In this document: piece after piece, positions 10,408-23,900 of the stretch | How the letters are laid out: each line of letters starts with the position of its first letter | Position numbering within the stretch: position 1 is the first letter of the stretch | Assembly (NCBI GenBank): GCA_024704765.1 | Contig: JAKMXF010000144.1 | Coordinates: forward strand, 620,001-684,000 | From: Oopsacas minuta | Lineage: Eukaryota; Animalia; Porifera | Direction: 5' to 3' | Length of the DNA stretch: 64,000 nucleotides | Notes under the pieces: model-generated | Database searches by the model: none | What the model saw: the letters and a program-made list of their open reading frames with translations, nothing else | What the model was told of the DNA's origin: nothing | Position numbers and translations under genes: made by a program

Positions 10408-13400
10408 ATGTCCGATCAATCTCGACGAGCCTTTCCCTCTAGGCCTGGCTCTGGCTTAGAGAGAATGAGTGGATATGGAGATAGTATCGAGGTTGATATT
10501 CTCCTTCCTTATGGAGTACTAATACCGTTACAGTGTAAGAGAAATTTCAAACTGGTTGACATTAAGACAAAAGTATGGAGAGAAGCACAGAAGTACCCAC
10601 TAGCTAAGCTCTTATGGAATGATCCATCTCGCTACCAGTTCATGTGTGTTAATCAGCGTGCTGAAAGAACTGAACTATTCGATGAGACTAAGACACTAGG
10701 TGATATCAAGCCTTACAAACATATTCTACAACTATTCGAGAGAGTAGGAGATAGAGAAGAGAAAGAATTCAATGCTAAGATGAGTGTGTTGATAGGGAAG
10801 GGTGTATATGAAATGGAGCAGAGCAATGAAGAAGAGGTTTAATACAAATTTATTTACGAATATATGTTTTATTGATATTTTGCAGGTGGTTCATTTCCGT
10901 GCTAAAATGCTTGAGAAGTGCAAACAGGCTGTATTGAAGAGAGCTAAAGCTTCTTGGGAAGAGAGAGCTATGTATAAATACGCTCCTAGCATCAATCAGT
11001 TGGAGAGGGAACTTCCAGCATCACTAGAGCTTCCATCTAGCAAGGAAATTAAATTTAAAATTCATGTCTTAGTGAAGGGTGATTATCTGAAGCAACTCAA
11101 TGATGAAGTATTGGTGAGTTAAAATGAATATTATAATTATTTACACTAATAGTAACTATTGTTAATATATTTTCCTTACAGCTGAGCATCAGGAATAGAC
11201 CTAAGATCCTAGCTGCATTTGTTCTACAAAGCTGTCAAAACCATGGACTCTACAAGGACAAATCTCCACCAGATTTTGTCTTAAAGATATACGGACGAGA
11301 GGAATGTCTCCTTGGTGATGAACCAATGATTAATTATGAATATGTAAAGGGTTGTGTGATATCACATCAAATTCCTGAACTTATATTCCTGCTGAAGCAA
11401 GATTTAGACCTTAACATTAAAGAGGAGTTTCCTCGTCTTCCTCCAGCTGCTATTCCCTCTGCTCCCAAGGACACTAAATACTTATGGGATCTGTATGGAG
11501 TATTCTATGTAAGTTTTATGTACAGTCAACTCCGGTTATATCGAACACTGATATACCGAAATACGCGATTGTATCTAAGTCTGAAATTGTACAAATATGA
11601 GTCCAAACCTTCAAAGTAACAAATATCATCAGTTTATATAGAAGTGATTATCACAATCCGTTAGGTTTCAATAAAACGGAAGTTTACTGTACTTTTCTAT
11701 TTTAAATGTTTCTCCAACTGTGAATTATTTCATTTGTAATTCCTAGGTAAAAGCAGTAGAGGCTAGTGGTATAAACGTTCATAACACAACTCGTATACAG
11801 CTATACCTAGGTCTCTGTCATGGTAGCTCTCATATTACTAGTGTTGAGTCCACTAAGGCAGGTCATGGTTCTAACCCAGTGTGGAATGAGACCGTACTGT
11901 TTGATGATATTGAAGCGTCCAATATTCCGAGAGGTGCACGTCTCTGCTGTGTACTCTACAACTCACTGGATACTAAGAATGCTAAGAGGAAACAGAAAGT
12001 TCCGTTGGGTTGGGTTAACCTACCAATGTTTGATTACCGTTGTCATCTACGTACTGGATCATTAGAGCTAGCATTGTGGAGTATGGAGGACAATGAGGGT
12101 ACCTTAGAGGAGGATCTTCATCCCTTGGGCGTGGCAGGACAAAATCCTACCGGACAGATGAAAATAATCCTAGAATTCGTTGCCACAGAGAAACCAGTAA
12201 AAGGACCTACTCAATTACAAATGATAGAATACGCTAGCACTTTACCAATGGACAACTTTGGAGCTTCTAAGCTGTATATAAACGATCTACACTTGATCGT
12301 GAATAAAGATCCATTAGCTGAGCTTACTGATCAAGATACTGAGCTTATATGGAGACTGAGAGGGTATCTAATGCAGTATATCCCTATCGGATTGCCTAAA
12401 TTAATGTCATCTGTCAAGTGGAGCTCCAGAGAACAGGTAAGTCATAGGTTGGACATAATTTTATTGTACATTGATGCTCACGCTTCTAACTATAGTGGAG
12501 TTCGCCTATTAACAAATCGTATTTTGCATGAATTCTCCTTGCTAAAATACTCGAATTTACTATTATATAATCACACAAAATACACTCAATTTCTGTTATA
12601 AAGTTTCTAATAGGAGAAAACCATTTTCTGTCATATTTCACATGACTATGCTGTATAGGTCTCTCAGATGTTGCTATTACTGAAGAGCTGGCCTCTCCTC
12701 AGCCCCTCTGTAGCTCTAGAACTACTGGATTATAATTACCAAGAACCTGCAGTTAGATTATTTGCTATAAGATGTCTTGAGAGTGCTAGTGATGCAGAAA
12801 TCTCTCGCTACCTCTTACAGCTAGTACAAGCTCTCAAATATGAAGCTTATCTAGACTGTGATTTAGCTAGCTTTCTGTTAGATCGTGCTTGGAATAATCA
12901 AAGAATAGGACATTATTTATTCTGGTATTTGAGAGCTGAAATGAAGTCTCCTATAGTGAGAACTAGATTCGGTTTGATGCTAGAAGCATACTGTCGTGGG
13001 AGTATCAGTCACTTGCCTATTCTCCTCAGACAGATTGAAGCCGTTAGAGTTATGAAGCGGATTAGCAAGGAAGTACAAAATTTGAAAACTCGTGACAAAG
13101 ATAAAATCAAAACTACTCTAATGAATCAGCTACAAAGCGAGGCTAATATTGCTTGTCTAACTGGCATAAACTCTATACTCAATCCGTCGTACAAGCTAAC
13201 ATCATTTATAGCGAAAGCTTGTAGAGCTTTTGACTCTAAAATGAAACCTCTTCTTCTAGCTTATGATAACAGAGATACTAAGGCTAATGCTATTACAGAA
13301 TCTCCTACATTATCTGTAATATTCAAACGTGGTGATGATCTACGTCAAGACATGCTAACTCTACAGATATTTGAAACTATGGATAAGATTTGGCAAGAGG

Positions 13401-14140
13401 CTGATCTCTATCTTAAAATTCTCCCTTACGGTTGTATCGCTACTAGTCATAGAGGTGGACTGATAGAAGCAGTTATGAATGCTGAAACTATTGCTAATAT
13501 ACAGAAGAATGCTGGTACTTTTGCTTTTCTTCCAAAGAAGTCTGTATACCAATCACTTTACGCTTGGCTCAGCAAGAACAATCCTGGAGAAGAGGCCTTG
13601 GCTAAAGCAATAGATAACTTCACGAAATCATGTGCTGCTTACTGCGTAGCTACTTATGTGTTAGGTATCGGTGATAGACACAGTGATAATATTATGCTTA
13701 GGAGTGATGGTCAGCTGTTCCATATTGATTTTGGACATTTTCTTGGACATTTCAAAACGAAATTTGGTTTCCGTCGTGAGCGTGTTCCTTTTGTATTGAC
13801 ATATGATTTCGTGTATATTATTTGTAACAAGAATGAGAATTTCGCGAAAACAGCTGATTTCAAACAGTTTGCGACTATGTGTGGAAAAGCGTATCTCGCA
13901 TTGAGGCAGAAAGCTGGCATAATACTTAATCTGTTAGCAATGATGTTGTCTACTGGTATTCCACAGTTGAGGACTGTTAATGACTTGAATTATGTAAGAG
14001 ATGCACTTGCGTTAAACTACACGGATGATGAAGCTTTGACTCATTTCGACAAACAAATGGAAGAAGCTCTCGATAAGACTTGGAGCACATCAATGAATTG
14101 GTTCTTTCATAGTCTTGCAAAAGATAATCGCAACAGGTGA
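10408..14140 (+). CDS. PIK3C (p110): Class I phosphatidylinositol 3-kinase catalytic subunit p110 (beta/delta-like)
   Basis: Exons 10408-10836, 10886-11113, 11182-11508, 11747-12436, 12659-14140. ABD, RBD, C2, helical and kinase domains: IFKRGDDLRQDML, GIGDRHSDN, FHIDFGHFLG, RERVPF, and a class-I C-terminal WSTSMNWFFH. Confidence 0.93.
11521..11691. mobile_element. MITE family A copy in PI3K intron 3
   Basis: TA-CAGTCAACTCCGGTTATATCGAA...GGAAGTTTACTG-TA. Confidence 0.85.
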
Positions 14141-14356
14141 TGTAGCAATCTTCTCTCAATACTGTATTATGATAAGGCATTACTGTATATTTGAATTATC
14201 TGCTTTTACAACTCTAACCAGTTGTAATACTCTTCTCTATAAATATTTATAACTTTGTGAATTAAATTATTCAGAATAAGGAATTGTAACTGGTGTGTTT
14301 ATAGTTAATATTATTTTGTGGATGCAGCAATTATTATTATAATATTTTAATTAGTT

Positions 14357-14483
14357 TATAGTCAACTCTGTCTGAAATTGTACTAAAATGGGCCCAAACC
14401 GTCAAAGTATTATAAATTACATCGGTTATATCGAAGTAATTATCGCGGTCCCATTAGCTTCGATATAACAGGAGCTGACTATA
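14357..14483. mobile_element. MITE family A copy (internally deleted), intergenic
   Basis: TA-TAGTCAACTC...TTCGATATAACAGGAGCTGACTA-TA with the shared internal core. Confidence 0.75.
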
Positions 14484-15008
14484 TGTACTTTCTAGCTAGA
14501 TGTTACAATATTAATAAATGGATTGCTAGAGCCTCGATGTATTTTGATGTGGCCAGAAGAGAGATGTAATTTAAAACATCAGTTGGTAGAGAGTTTGGGC
14601 TCAAGCACAATCAAATATGTTAACTGTTGGTTTCTGCTTGATCGAGATTCGAACCAGAATCCTATCATTGCATACAATGCAATACTATTCTATATGTATT
14701 TTAGCATAATTTGATTATCACTTGTCTACAATAAATTCAACTGTCCCTACTTGTTATTCTAGATTCTCCGAATAATTTTGATAGTGACAATATTTCTACG
14801 TACACATTTCCATTAATTACTCTCGTATGTATTCGAACACATTCAGTTCAACTTTACTCAATCCATACATCTTAAACCCATCAGTACATACATCAAACCA
14901 CTCAATTGCAATAATAATTATTAATTATCTCTTTCAGCTGCTAATTCTATGTAGGTATATATCATTCTTCTACATATTAGTTATAAATTAAGAGCATAGA
15001 TATATAAT

Positions 15009-17025
15009 ATGACACACCGTAAGCAACAAAAAGGATCAAAGTCTAAGAAAAAACAATTCCCTAGTACTGAGGAATTAAAAGATTCATTCAGTCCATCTCC
15101 AATGGATCGCGATTTCGCGACTTTATGTCAAATTTGTGGAGTTATACATGGACAAAGTCATCCACATCATTTCGAGTACACAGAGGAAGTGAATGACGAT
15201 CTGTTGTGTGAGATTTGTATGCAACCTCTGGTTGACCCAGTTGATACCCCGTGCAGACACACATTCTGTTACCTGTGTCTCAGTAACCATATGCGTTTGA
15301 GACAATCCTGTCCTATAGACAGGAGTCCTGTTACACCTTCTGACGTCAAACCGAGTAGTGTGATTGTTCGTCGTATGGTTGGGAAGATTTTTGTAAAATG
15401 TCCTAACAGAACACATTGTCGAAAGGTATGTACAAAGATACGTTATTTTCATGTATTTATTTATATTAATAAGCCCTATTAGGTTGTACCTCGCTCTAGT
15501 CTACAGTCTCACCTCAAATCCTGTCCTGGTACAATAGTCTATTGTCCTAAGAGGGACCAGGGGTGCAACTACTCCTCTCCCATGTGTCTCCTGGAGCATC
15601 ACCTCTGGGATTGCCTTAAAGATCTAGGAAACCAACACTCAGAGATCGTCACTGGTGTAGAGACTTGGCTAGAGATACCAGCTGGTTGTAGCACACCTGT
15701 AGGCTTGAGTATTATAGGAGGAAGTGATTCTACTATGAAGTCTATCATGATTCAATCTATTGAGCTAGATGGAACTGCAGCTAAAGATGGTAGACTTAAA
15801 CCTGGAGACACTATACTAGAAATAGATGGATGCTCCTCTTCTCTTATGAACTATACAGAAGCTTCCCACTTTCTGCACTCAGCTACTCCTTTGGTTAGAT
15901 TGAAAGTGTTAAGGGGTGTGGAACAGGATCTGAAGGCTGTGTTGAATGATGCAGATATAGAGGTATGATAAACTTCCCTCGTCTACTTTGTTATATCTTA
16001 TGCTAATCCCCTATTTCTAGGTAGCAGAGATATCGCGTTCTGGAGAGACCAATACATTCAATCTGGAGTTAGCTAAGCACAAGACATTACCAGGAATATA
16101 CGTGTTGAATATGACTAATGCATTTGTTAATAAAGGAGACCTCTGTGTAGCTGATAGAATACTTGATATTGATGGTAGAGACACACGATATCTTACAATA
16201 GAAGAAACAGAGAATATATTAAGTCAAACAGGTCAAGAAGCCAAGCTTCTGGTCTCTAGAGTACCACACATTATGCGAGTAAAGATACAAGCTGATTTGG
16301 TCACAGCTGCAGATATTGATGTCATACAAACTGATCCCGCTTATGAAGAGATACCCACCAAGGAGTATAAGGCTGGAGATACTAAAACTGTAGTATTACA
16401 GAAGAATAATGATGAATTCTTTGGTATGAATGTTGCTGGAGGTACAGCTACCCCTAAAGGAGATCTCCCTGTATTTATTTCTGGGATAAGAGCTGGAGGA
16501 GTTATAGATAAATCACCTTATATACAGAGAGGTGATATTATATTGGCTATTAATAATCATAGTTTGTTACAAAAAACTCATGAAGAAGCTGTTGATATAA
16601 TAAAAGCTAACGTTGGTAGTACAAGTGTACAACTTAAATTGTTACAAGGAGATCCTTATGTTCCTGAACCTGGTCTATCTAGCCAATGGACAAAATGGAT
16701 TGAGCCTAGAAGTGCTATAGGTATGGAAAGAGATATCGTGTTAATGAAAGATAAACATATGGGACTAGGATTCAGTATAGTTGGTGGGAAGAATAGTCCA
16801 AGAGGAGATTGCCCTCTTTACGTAAAGAAGGTTCTAGAAGAAAGTATAGCTGGGTTAGATGGTAGATTATGTGAAGGTGACGTCATACAGAGTATTAATA
16901 ATATACCAGTTAATGACTGGACACAACAGGACGCAGTTTTGTATATAAAAGAGTGTGAATCTAATTTATTTCTTCACGTAACATCGAGTGGAACTTTAAA
17001 CGACTCAAAGGCTTCATCTTTATGA
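15009..17025 (+). CDS. LNX: LNX-family RING E3 ligase with four PDZ domains
   Basis: Exons 15009-15425, 15483-15962, 16021-17025. N-terminal Zn motif LCQICGVIH, RING EEVNDDLLCEICMQPLVDPVDTPCRHTFC, post-RING Zn fingers, four PDZ (GLSIIGG, GIYV, FGMNVAGG, GLGFSIVGG), C-terminal SSL. Confidence 0.9.
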
Positions 17026-17709
17026 GTGTTTATGTGTTGGTACAGGTTGTAATATTTGCTTGTATGTATATATTATTTCTGGACTCTTTAACTACACATT
17101 TACTCGTTTCTATCCTTCTATATATTGTGCTCATTACGATAACTCAAAATATACATACGTACATATTCATAGATCAAAACATATTCTGGTATTTATACTA
17201 TATGATAAATTCAATTCTTTGCTGGTTAGTTAGAACCTTGTTATTACTTTCTAGTATTCCTCCTTAATAGCATTTAAACAGGCTAAAAGGCATAGTATTA
17301 ACCTTTATATGTATATATGAATGGCTATCTTCCAATGGCTAATGATTTTTCACTATTTTGTAACTTTTGATAAGGGCTAGTATAAGCCATGCCTCATTAA
17401 TTATCACTATTCATTATTTGATGCCATTTGTCATATTCTATAAGTATCATAGGCTTTGCTATTTTGCTTCGCTTCAAAAATTGATAATTAGCAGAGTTCA
17501 GTAATTTTATACACTGTTACATTGTCCTGTTCAGGTCGTTTTAGCTTATGTGTATCTTTTACACATTTGAAATTAATGTAGGCATAGAGTGCCATAGGGA
17601 TAAAGTGTATTATACTCAGTACATTTCTGGAGAATGATAGAATACATAAGTTTACTTCAAACATGTCCTCACACATTATATGGCATTATTTTTGCTGGAA
17701 CTTATTAGA

Positions 17710-17792
17710 CGACAGCTGGGGGTCTACAGAATCTATTGTAGTCTATGGGGCCCACAGAATGTGTTCCATGGGTGAAAAGGTTGAGAACGCTG
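17710..17792. mobile_element. hAT-like MITE remnant
   Basis: End TCCATGGGTGAAAAGGTTGAGAACGCTG is the reverse complement of the start of the element at ~51725 (TAGCGATTCCCAACCTTTTCACCCATGGA). Left boundary is approximate. Confidence 0.55.
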
Positions 17793-17925
17793 CCTTAGTA
17801 TATATTTTGAGGAAATAATTTATCTTACAAAAGTTGTTGTGTTGTCTTTGTCTACTAATAAATATAACAATACATATTTGTTAGTTTGTTATAGAAATAG
17901 ATCAGATCTGTTATGATAGATAGAT

Positions 17926-20900
17926 ATGGCAAGATTATCCTTCATATCACTACTGGCTGTATTGATTCTATTCATTCAGATATTATGTATTGGTAAGCTG
18001 CCCCACATTTCCCATATTTCCTATGTTTTAATATTTCTTATTTTGTAGAGTCACAATGTTCGACATCTAACTACTGTTTTCCTGGTGAGTGTGGATCATC
18101 ATGTACTTGCTATGATGGGTATTCGAGCTCTGCATCTTGTACTGATTGTTGTGATCATGGTATGTGAATTCTAATACATTTATCAACTCAATACACATTT
18201 TCTTGTGCTCTTATCCTGAAATTTTATTTATTTTCATATAAACTTTTCATTTCAGAGCAATATTTGGCAGTTAATATAAGCAATGTTTTCTTTATTAGCG
18301 GATGGATCTCCTACATTTGTAGACGCTAGTTTAGACTTCGAAAATTTTGAGCTTACACAATCACTCTCTGCAATTAGCCAAAATGGGTATATCCATAATG
18401 ATAGATTCACTTTTTTCTACACTAAATACCCGTTGAATGTAATCTCACAACTATCTTACTTAACTTCTGTTGATTTGAATACGGGAATTCCTCAAGATAT
18501 TAAAGATAAGTTAAGCAATGGTGAAGATTTAAACTGTGCTCTTGGAGGGTGTAGTTTCATAATACAAGGCTTCAAATCTGGTCTTGTTGATGTTGGAATA
18601 CTTTACCAGTATATATATAAGAACCGTAAGTGTAAATTGATTTAAATACGGTACACCCTCACTAATAGGATAGGCTAGAATGGCTCTACATTTTCCTTCA
18701 ATAATCTGTATTGTTCTTCTGAATAGTGAAGATATACTGTATTCTTAATTAACCTGTCTATGCCCGTATAATTACCAGTATTTCCAACGTAAATTTCGAA
18801 AAACCCAAACTGAAGCACAAAATAATTCTAACTTGAGAATATAATCCTAAGTCTTGGGATTTTTTCCTACACTTGAAAGAAAATCCAAGAACTTGGGAAA
18901 AAACCAAAGCGTTGGAGACACTGATACTTTCTTACGTACTATAATTTCTAGAAACTACAGTTGAATTTACAGAATCAGCTCCACTTCCAACCTGTCTAGG
19001 AAAAGCTGACAACTTCACACTTTACTCTAGCATACCAACACCTACTGGTGACACATTTGAATGTAAATATACAGCAAACGTCTCTATTCCAGGTCCTCTG
19101 GAATACGAAGACAGGTAGTTTACGATAGACCCAAAAATTTCGCCCTCCTAAATATATTTTCCCACAATTCGTACCTCTAAATACATACCGCTAGGTAACA
19201 CCCTACTAATACTTGTTCCGATTATAGTGTGGCGATCACATATAGTGCTAGAGGTGGAACAGAAACATTGGTGTATGACCAGGTTGCAATGACGTCATCC
19301 AACAGAACTGGCGATTCAACGGAGGGATTTGCTGTTAGAGTATTGTATTACGACTATATTGAGCCGTATAATTGCTATTTAAATAATAGTTTACATTGCT
19401 CTGAGTTAGGTATCACTAGTGATGATATGTTCTACACCCTCAACCACTATTCTACCACAAATCAGACCATAACCATTACATCAGTACATGGTTTTGTTGA
19501 TGAGTTAGCTCCCTATGTAAACTACATGTATTCTGTTTATATGCTGGTAGAGGGAGCTGCTAATCACAGTCTGCATGAGGATTTTGGTTTGGGAAATGCC
19601 GTACCTTTCAATCTTACTGATCTTCCATTGACAATCACCCTACCAGATACAGCTGGTGCTTATTCTGTTGTACTTCGTGTGATTGATTTGGCTGATAATA
19701 TGCGTCTCTCCAGAAGATTTGTAGTATCAGATAATTCTTCTGTTCTAGAGAGGGTACCAGCTAACTTACCCACAAGTCCTAACTCAATATTACAGGATGT
19801 TTCTACTCATAATATATACTGGCAATCTGATACACAGGCACTATTATATTATCAATGGAAAGACTACTATAAAAACGAGCAAATTGTTACACACCCTTGG
19901 TTGAACCCTGTTCTATCTTATAATAACCAGGATGTTGAATACATATACTCTGGATATGATGATGATATACCTCCCATGGCTATACAAGGCACAGTCAATG
20001 CTCACGGTATTATAGAGTTCGCGTATAACCTTATTCGTTACACGGATGGAGCATTTGAATATAACGTAACAACGGCTCCTACACTCTGGACTGCTATACC
20101 AGACGTAATGCCAGAGTACAGTCAGCAGCAGGATGCATCTGTGTCTGGAGACGCTTGGGTACTGTGGATTAGAGCTATAGATATATTCAATCATGAGTTG
20201 ATTGATTATATAGTTATTTATACAGAATTCTCTTCTCCAATGATAACTGATCTAGGATTAAGTAAGTTTAGTTAATATTTAATACGTATTTTTATAGAAA
20301 ATGTATACTAATATGGGAATATTTGCGAATTTCTGAGAAATTCTTGTATTCAAATCAACAGTAGTTAAGTAAGTTAGTTCTATTTTGTCCAATAATAACC
20401 TGAATTGTTATTTATGGATATAAAACTGGAGATGATGGAATTTTTCGAAACCCACAGATTAGGCAAATATAATCTCAGGAATTGATTATAAGTGGTTTGT
20501 AAGTATGCTATATGAAACAAATTTCTTTTAGAGGTAGATGATCGAGTGACACAGTTTGTGCAGAAATCAAAAGATATTACAGATCTAATAATATCTTTTA
20601 AAGCAATAGATCTTGAGAGTGGTATAAAGTCTGTGTACTGGGATATTGAGTATGAGAATCAGACTATTATAGCTACTGATACAGTCACTGTTGATATGCT
20701 TTCTGTTGTAAGTTTTGAATTCATTGGTATAAATGCATAATCTACTTATAGTGATAGTTATATCTGATGATATATGGAAATTTCACGTAGTGGCGTCAGC
20801 GCTGGTTATGTGGCGAATTACTAATTATTGTAGCGCTATTTCTACATGTCTTCCTGCAACCTATTTGGTGATATGAATCATGTAGTTGTTGGGATATTTT

Positions 20901-23900
20901 GTATATAGCAATCTAGGTTGCTGGTTAGAATAATCTTATCTTTAATTCAGCCGACTATTCACTCTGAAAGAATTACTATTTTATTTCAAACATATTTCAT
21001 TTTTGCATGATATTCAGGGCAAAATATCCTGAACTTCATGCAGAAATGATCTGTAATAGCAATTCAATAACCTTCGCAGGGACACTGGCGTAGCAATATG
21101 CGGTCAGGTGGTTCATTGAACCAGAGCTCCCTCCCGTTGTCTAGGGCCCAAGAGTTCCACAATTCGGCATATACAGGATTGCTGATATATTTCTTTTTAG
21201 GAAGAATGCAGTCAACTAGAATCAACTATTTGCTACTGTACTACAGCACATCTCTGTTTCAGACGTCTCTACGACATTACGCCAAACCCTGTCAAGTTTA
21301 ATATTACAGAACTACCTCATTTGGATACATTTATACTTAAGGTTGTTGTCACTAACTATGCTAACCTTACAAATACTGACTCCAGGACTATCATAATAGA
21401 TGAATCTCCTCCAATAGCAGGTACTTATATGCATATATGTATATGCCATTATTTTCTAGAATCCTTAAAATTTGTTTAAATATCATATTTGTTTTTTAGC
21501 ACTCCTTTATTATTATAATATATACAAATACATAACACGATTACCGGACTCTAATGCTAACTGAGTCCTTCTAGGCCTAAGCTCAGTAACTACTACCTGA
21601 ACTAACATACTAGTAAACTAATCTATATAGCACTAAGATGAGTACATAATTACCTTATTGAGAATTCTAAGCAGATCCTCTCTAAAAAGGAGACATGATC
21701 TCTTACAATATCTTTGAGGGTGCTAACTCCATCATTGATTCCGATGTTAGACTCTCACTCTGCATCAGTATTTGCTCTTGCTTGGCAAGGTTTTCATACT
21801 GGATTGCTTTCTGTTGGTTCCCGCGTTTTGCTTCTGCCTTTGATTTGATCATGAAATACCTGTACATATCAAGGGAGTAGTTTTGTTTTGCTGTATCCTT
21901 GAGACTCTGTATTTGATCTTTAATTTTTCCAAGTAATTTGTTCATCTTTTCTTGAGTTTTAGCTTTCTCCCTCTCAAGTGACACTCTCTTTTGGTCATAG
22001 ATGGAAAGTCGTTTGTTCGCGTCATCTAACTGTTGTTTCACATCCTTCACAAATTCTTCACTTTCTACTATTTCGTCTTTGTAGATGTAACGCTCATTAC
22101 TGTGCCAATCCCATTTACATCTTTCTGGACAGATTCTACAATACCCATCTGTCATTGCCCAGCATCTTGCTTTATCACTATCGTTTTGAATGCTGCAATT
22201 ATCATGACACGTGTAGGTGCATTTTTTGCAGAATGTTGTTATGTTATTGGTAGCAACCGGTACCTTTTTATGTGCTGTAACTTTCTTTGTAAAGTGCCTC
22301 TTGCGTTCAACCTCACCTTTTCCAGCTTCCAGGTTCCTTAAGTTCTCTTCACCAATATTCTTGATTACAAGAGCTTTGTCTAACTCAGAAGTGATAGCAT
22401 TGATATTCATTTTTAGCTTTTCTCTATCTTCTATGACTGCTTTAGTTGTTGTTAAGCTAAAGGCATGTTGATGACCGACATCTCTGAAGAATTTTTCGAT
22501 GCTATCAATTGTATTATCCCAATACATTTTAGTGAATGGAGTCCTTTGTGAGGGATTTTTGAATAGATCTGCGTTATTAAAGGCGAACCAGCGTTTTTCA
22601 TCGAATGGAAAATTACTTTTTTCTAACGCACTTAGCATCTCAGGATGACTCCCATCCTCGAATGTAGCCAGTAAATATATATTTTCTTTCGCTTCTTTCC
22701 CAAAGAATAACAGTACTCTATCAATGATGTACCTTTGTATGTCTGTTAGTCTGTTCACGTTAGCCTTCACTACAAAACATACTGCATGACATTCATCTTC
22801 TATTTTGAGTAGTTCATTGATTTGTTCTTTTATCATTTCATCTCTTTCTATCCCTTGCGTATCCCCAAATCCTGGAATATCCCAAATTTGAATGTCATAT
22901 CCTAATAGAGTATCCTCTATTAGGTATCCAGAGATATCTGTTGTTTGACTGATACTCTGATCGCCTGCACTATCAACTTCATCAATGACTAGCTTGAATC
23001 TTAATGGATCTTCCATCTCTACCCCAGCTGCATAGTTAATGAATGCATTGATTAGTGTGCTTTTCCCACTTCCAGTTTCTCCCATCATGATTATATTTTT
23101 CGGGTTCTTCTTTGTTACCTTTTGATAGTCACTGACTGATATTTTCTCTGCTGGAAAGGTATACATGTCCAATTCATTGTCATATTGATTTGGAATTTTC
23201 GTACTTTTTCCTTTCCAAGTTTTCAATATTGATTTTTCCAGTGTTCTATCAGGTTTTGAATGTTCTACTTCAGTCATTACAGCTTATTGTTTGCAATCGC
23301 TAAGTTGTTATCTAGTAGATAATATGATATTGTTATCCTTTGAATTTATTATTTAAATATCTTCGAGTCAGTTACATCATACAATCTAATCGAATTTGGG
23401 ATTAATAGTATATGCCTTGTTGTTGGTAATGTGCATGTGTATTTGATGGAAATTTCCTGTGTACATTACAGAGTCAGTGACTGATAAACGAAATTCAAAA
23501 ATCCAATATAGTAATTTTTTTCTGAAGTTGAAATATAATTTGATTGAATTTTTTGTTTTTTTATGCAAAAGTTCATCTATAATTTTATTATGACATCATT
23601 GAGTAATTTGGTAATTCGTTATTCTATGAGTATAAGTTTTCTTATGAATTGTTTGTGAAAGGAATTTTTTGTCTTTTTATATTCAGATTACCTTTATGTA
23701 ATATTTTTGGGAATTCGAAGGAATATATAATTATCTATTGTCTCTCCTTTTATATTCGTACTTGTATCGCTATATTTTGCTTATTTTTTGCTTATTATTT
23801 GCTATATTTTCATTTTCGCGAATTATTCCTATTATTTTAAATAATTGTGAGGTTATTTGTGGTAACTTTTGCTAACGATAATTGAACATTTGAGAATACT

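Noticed and set aside
21703-21740. C-terminal targeting motifs (SKIL, SPLL) in the GTPases
   Set aside because: They do not fit PTS1, CaaX or class I PDZ consensus; no TM anchor is present either.
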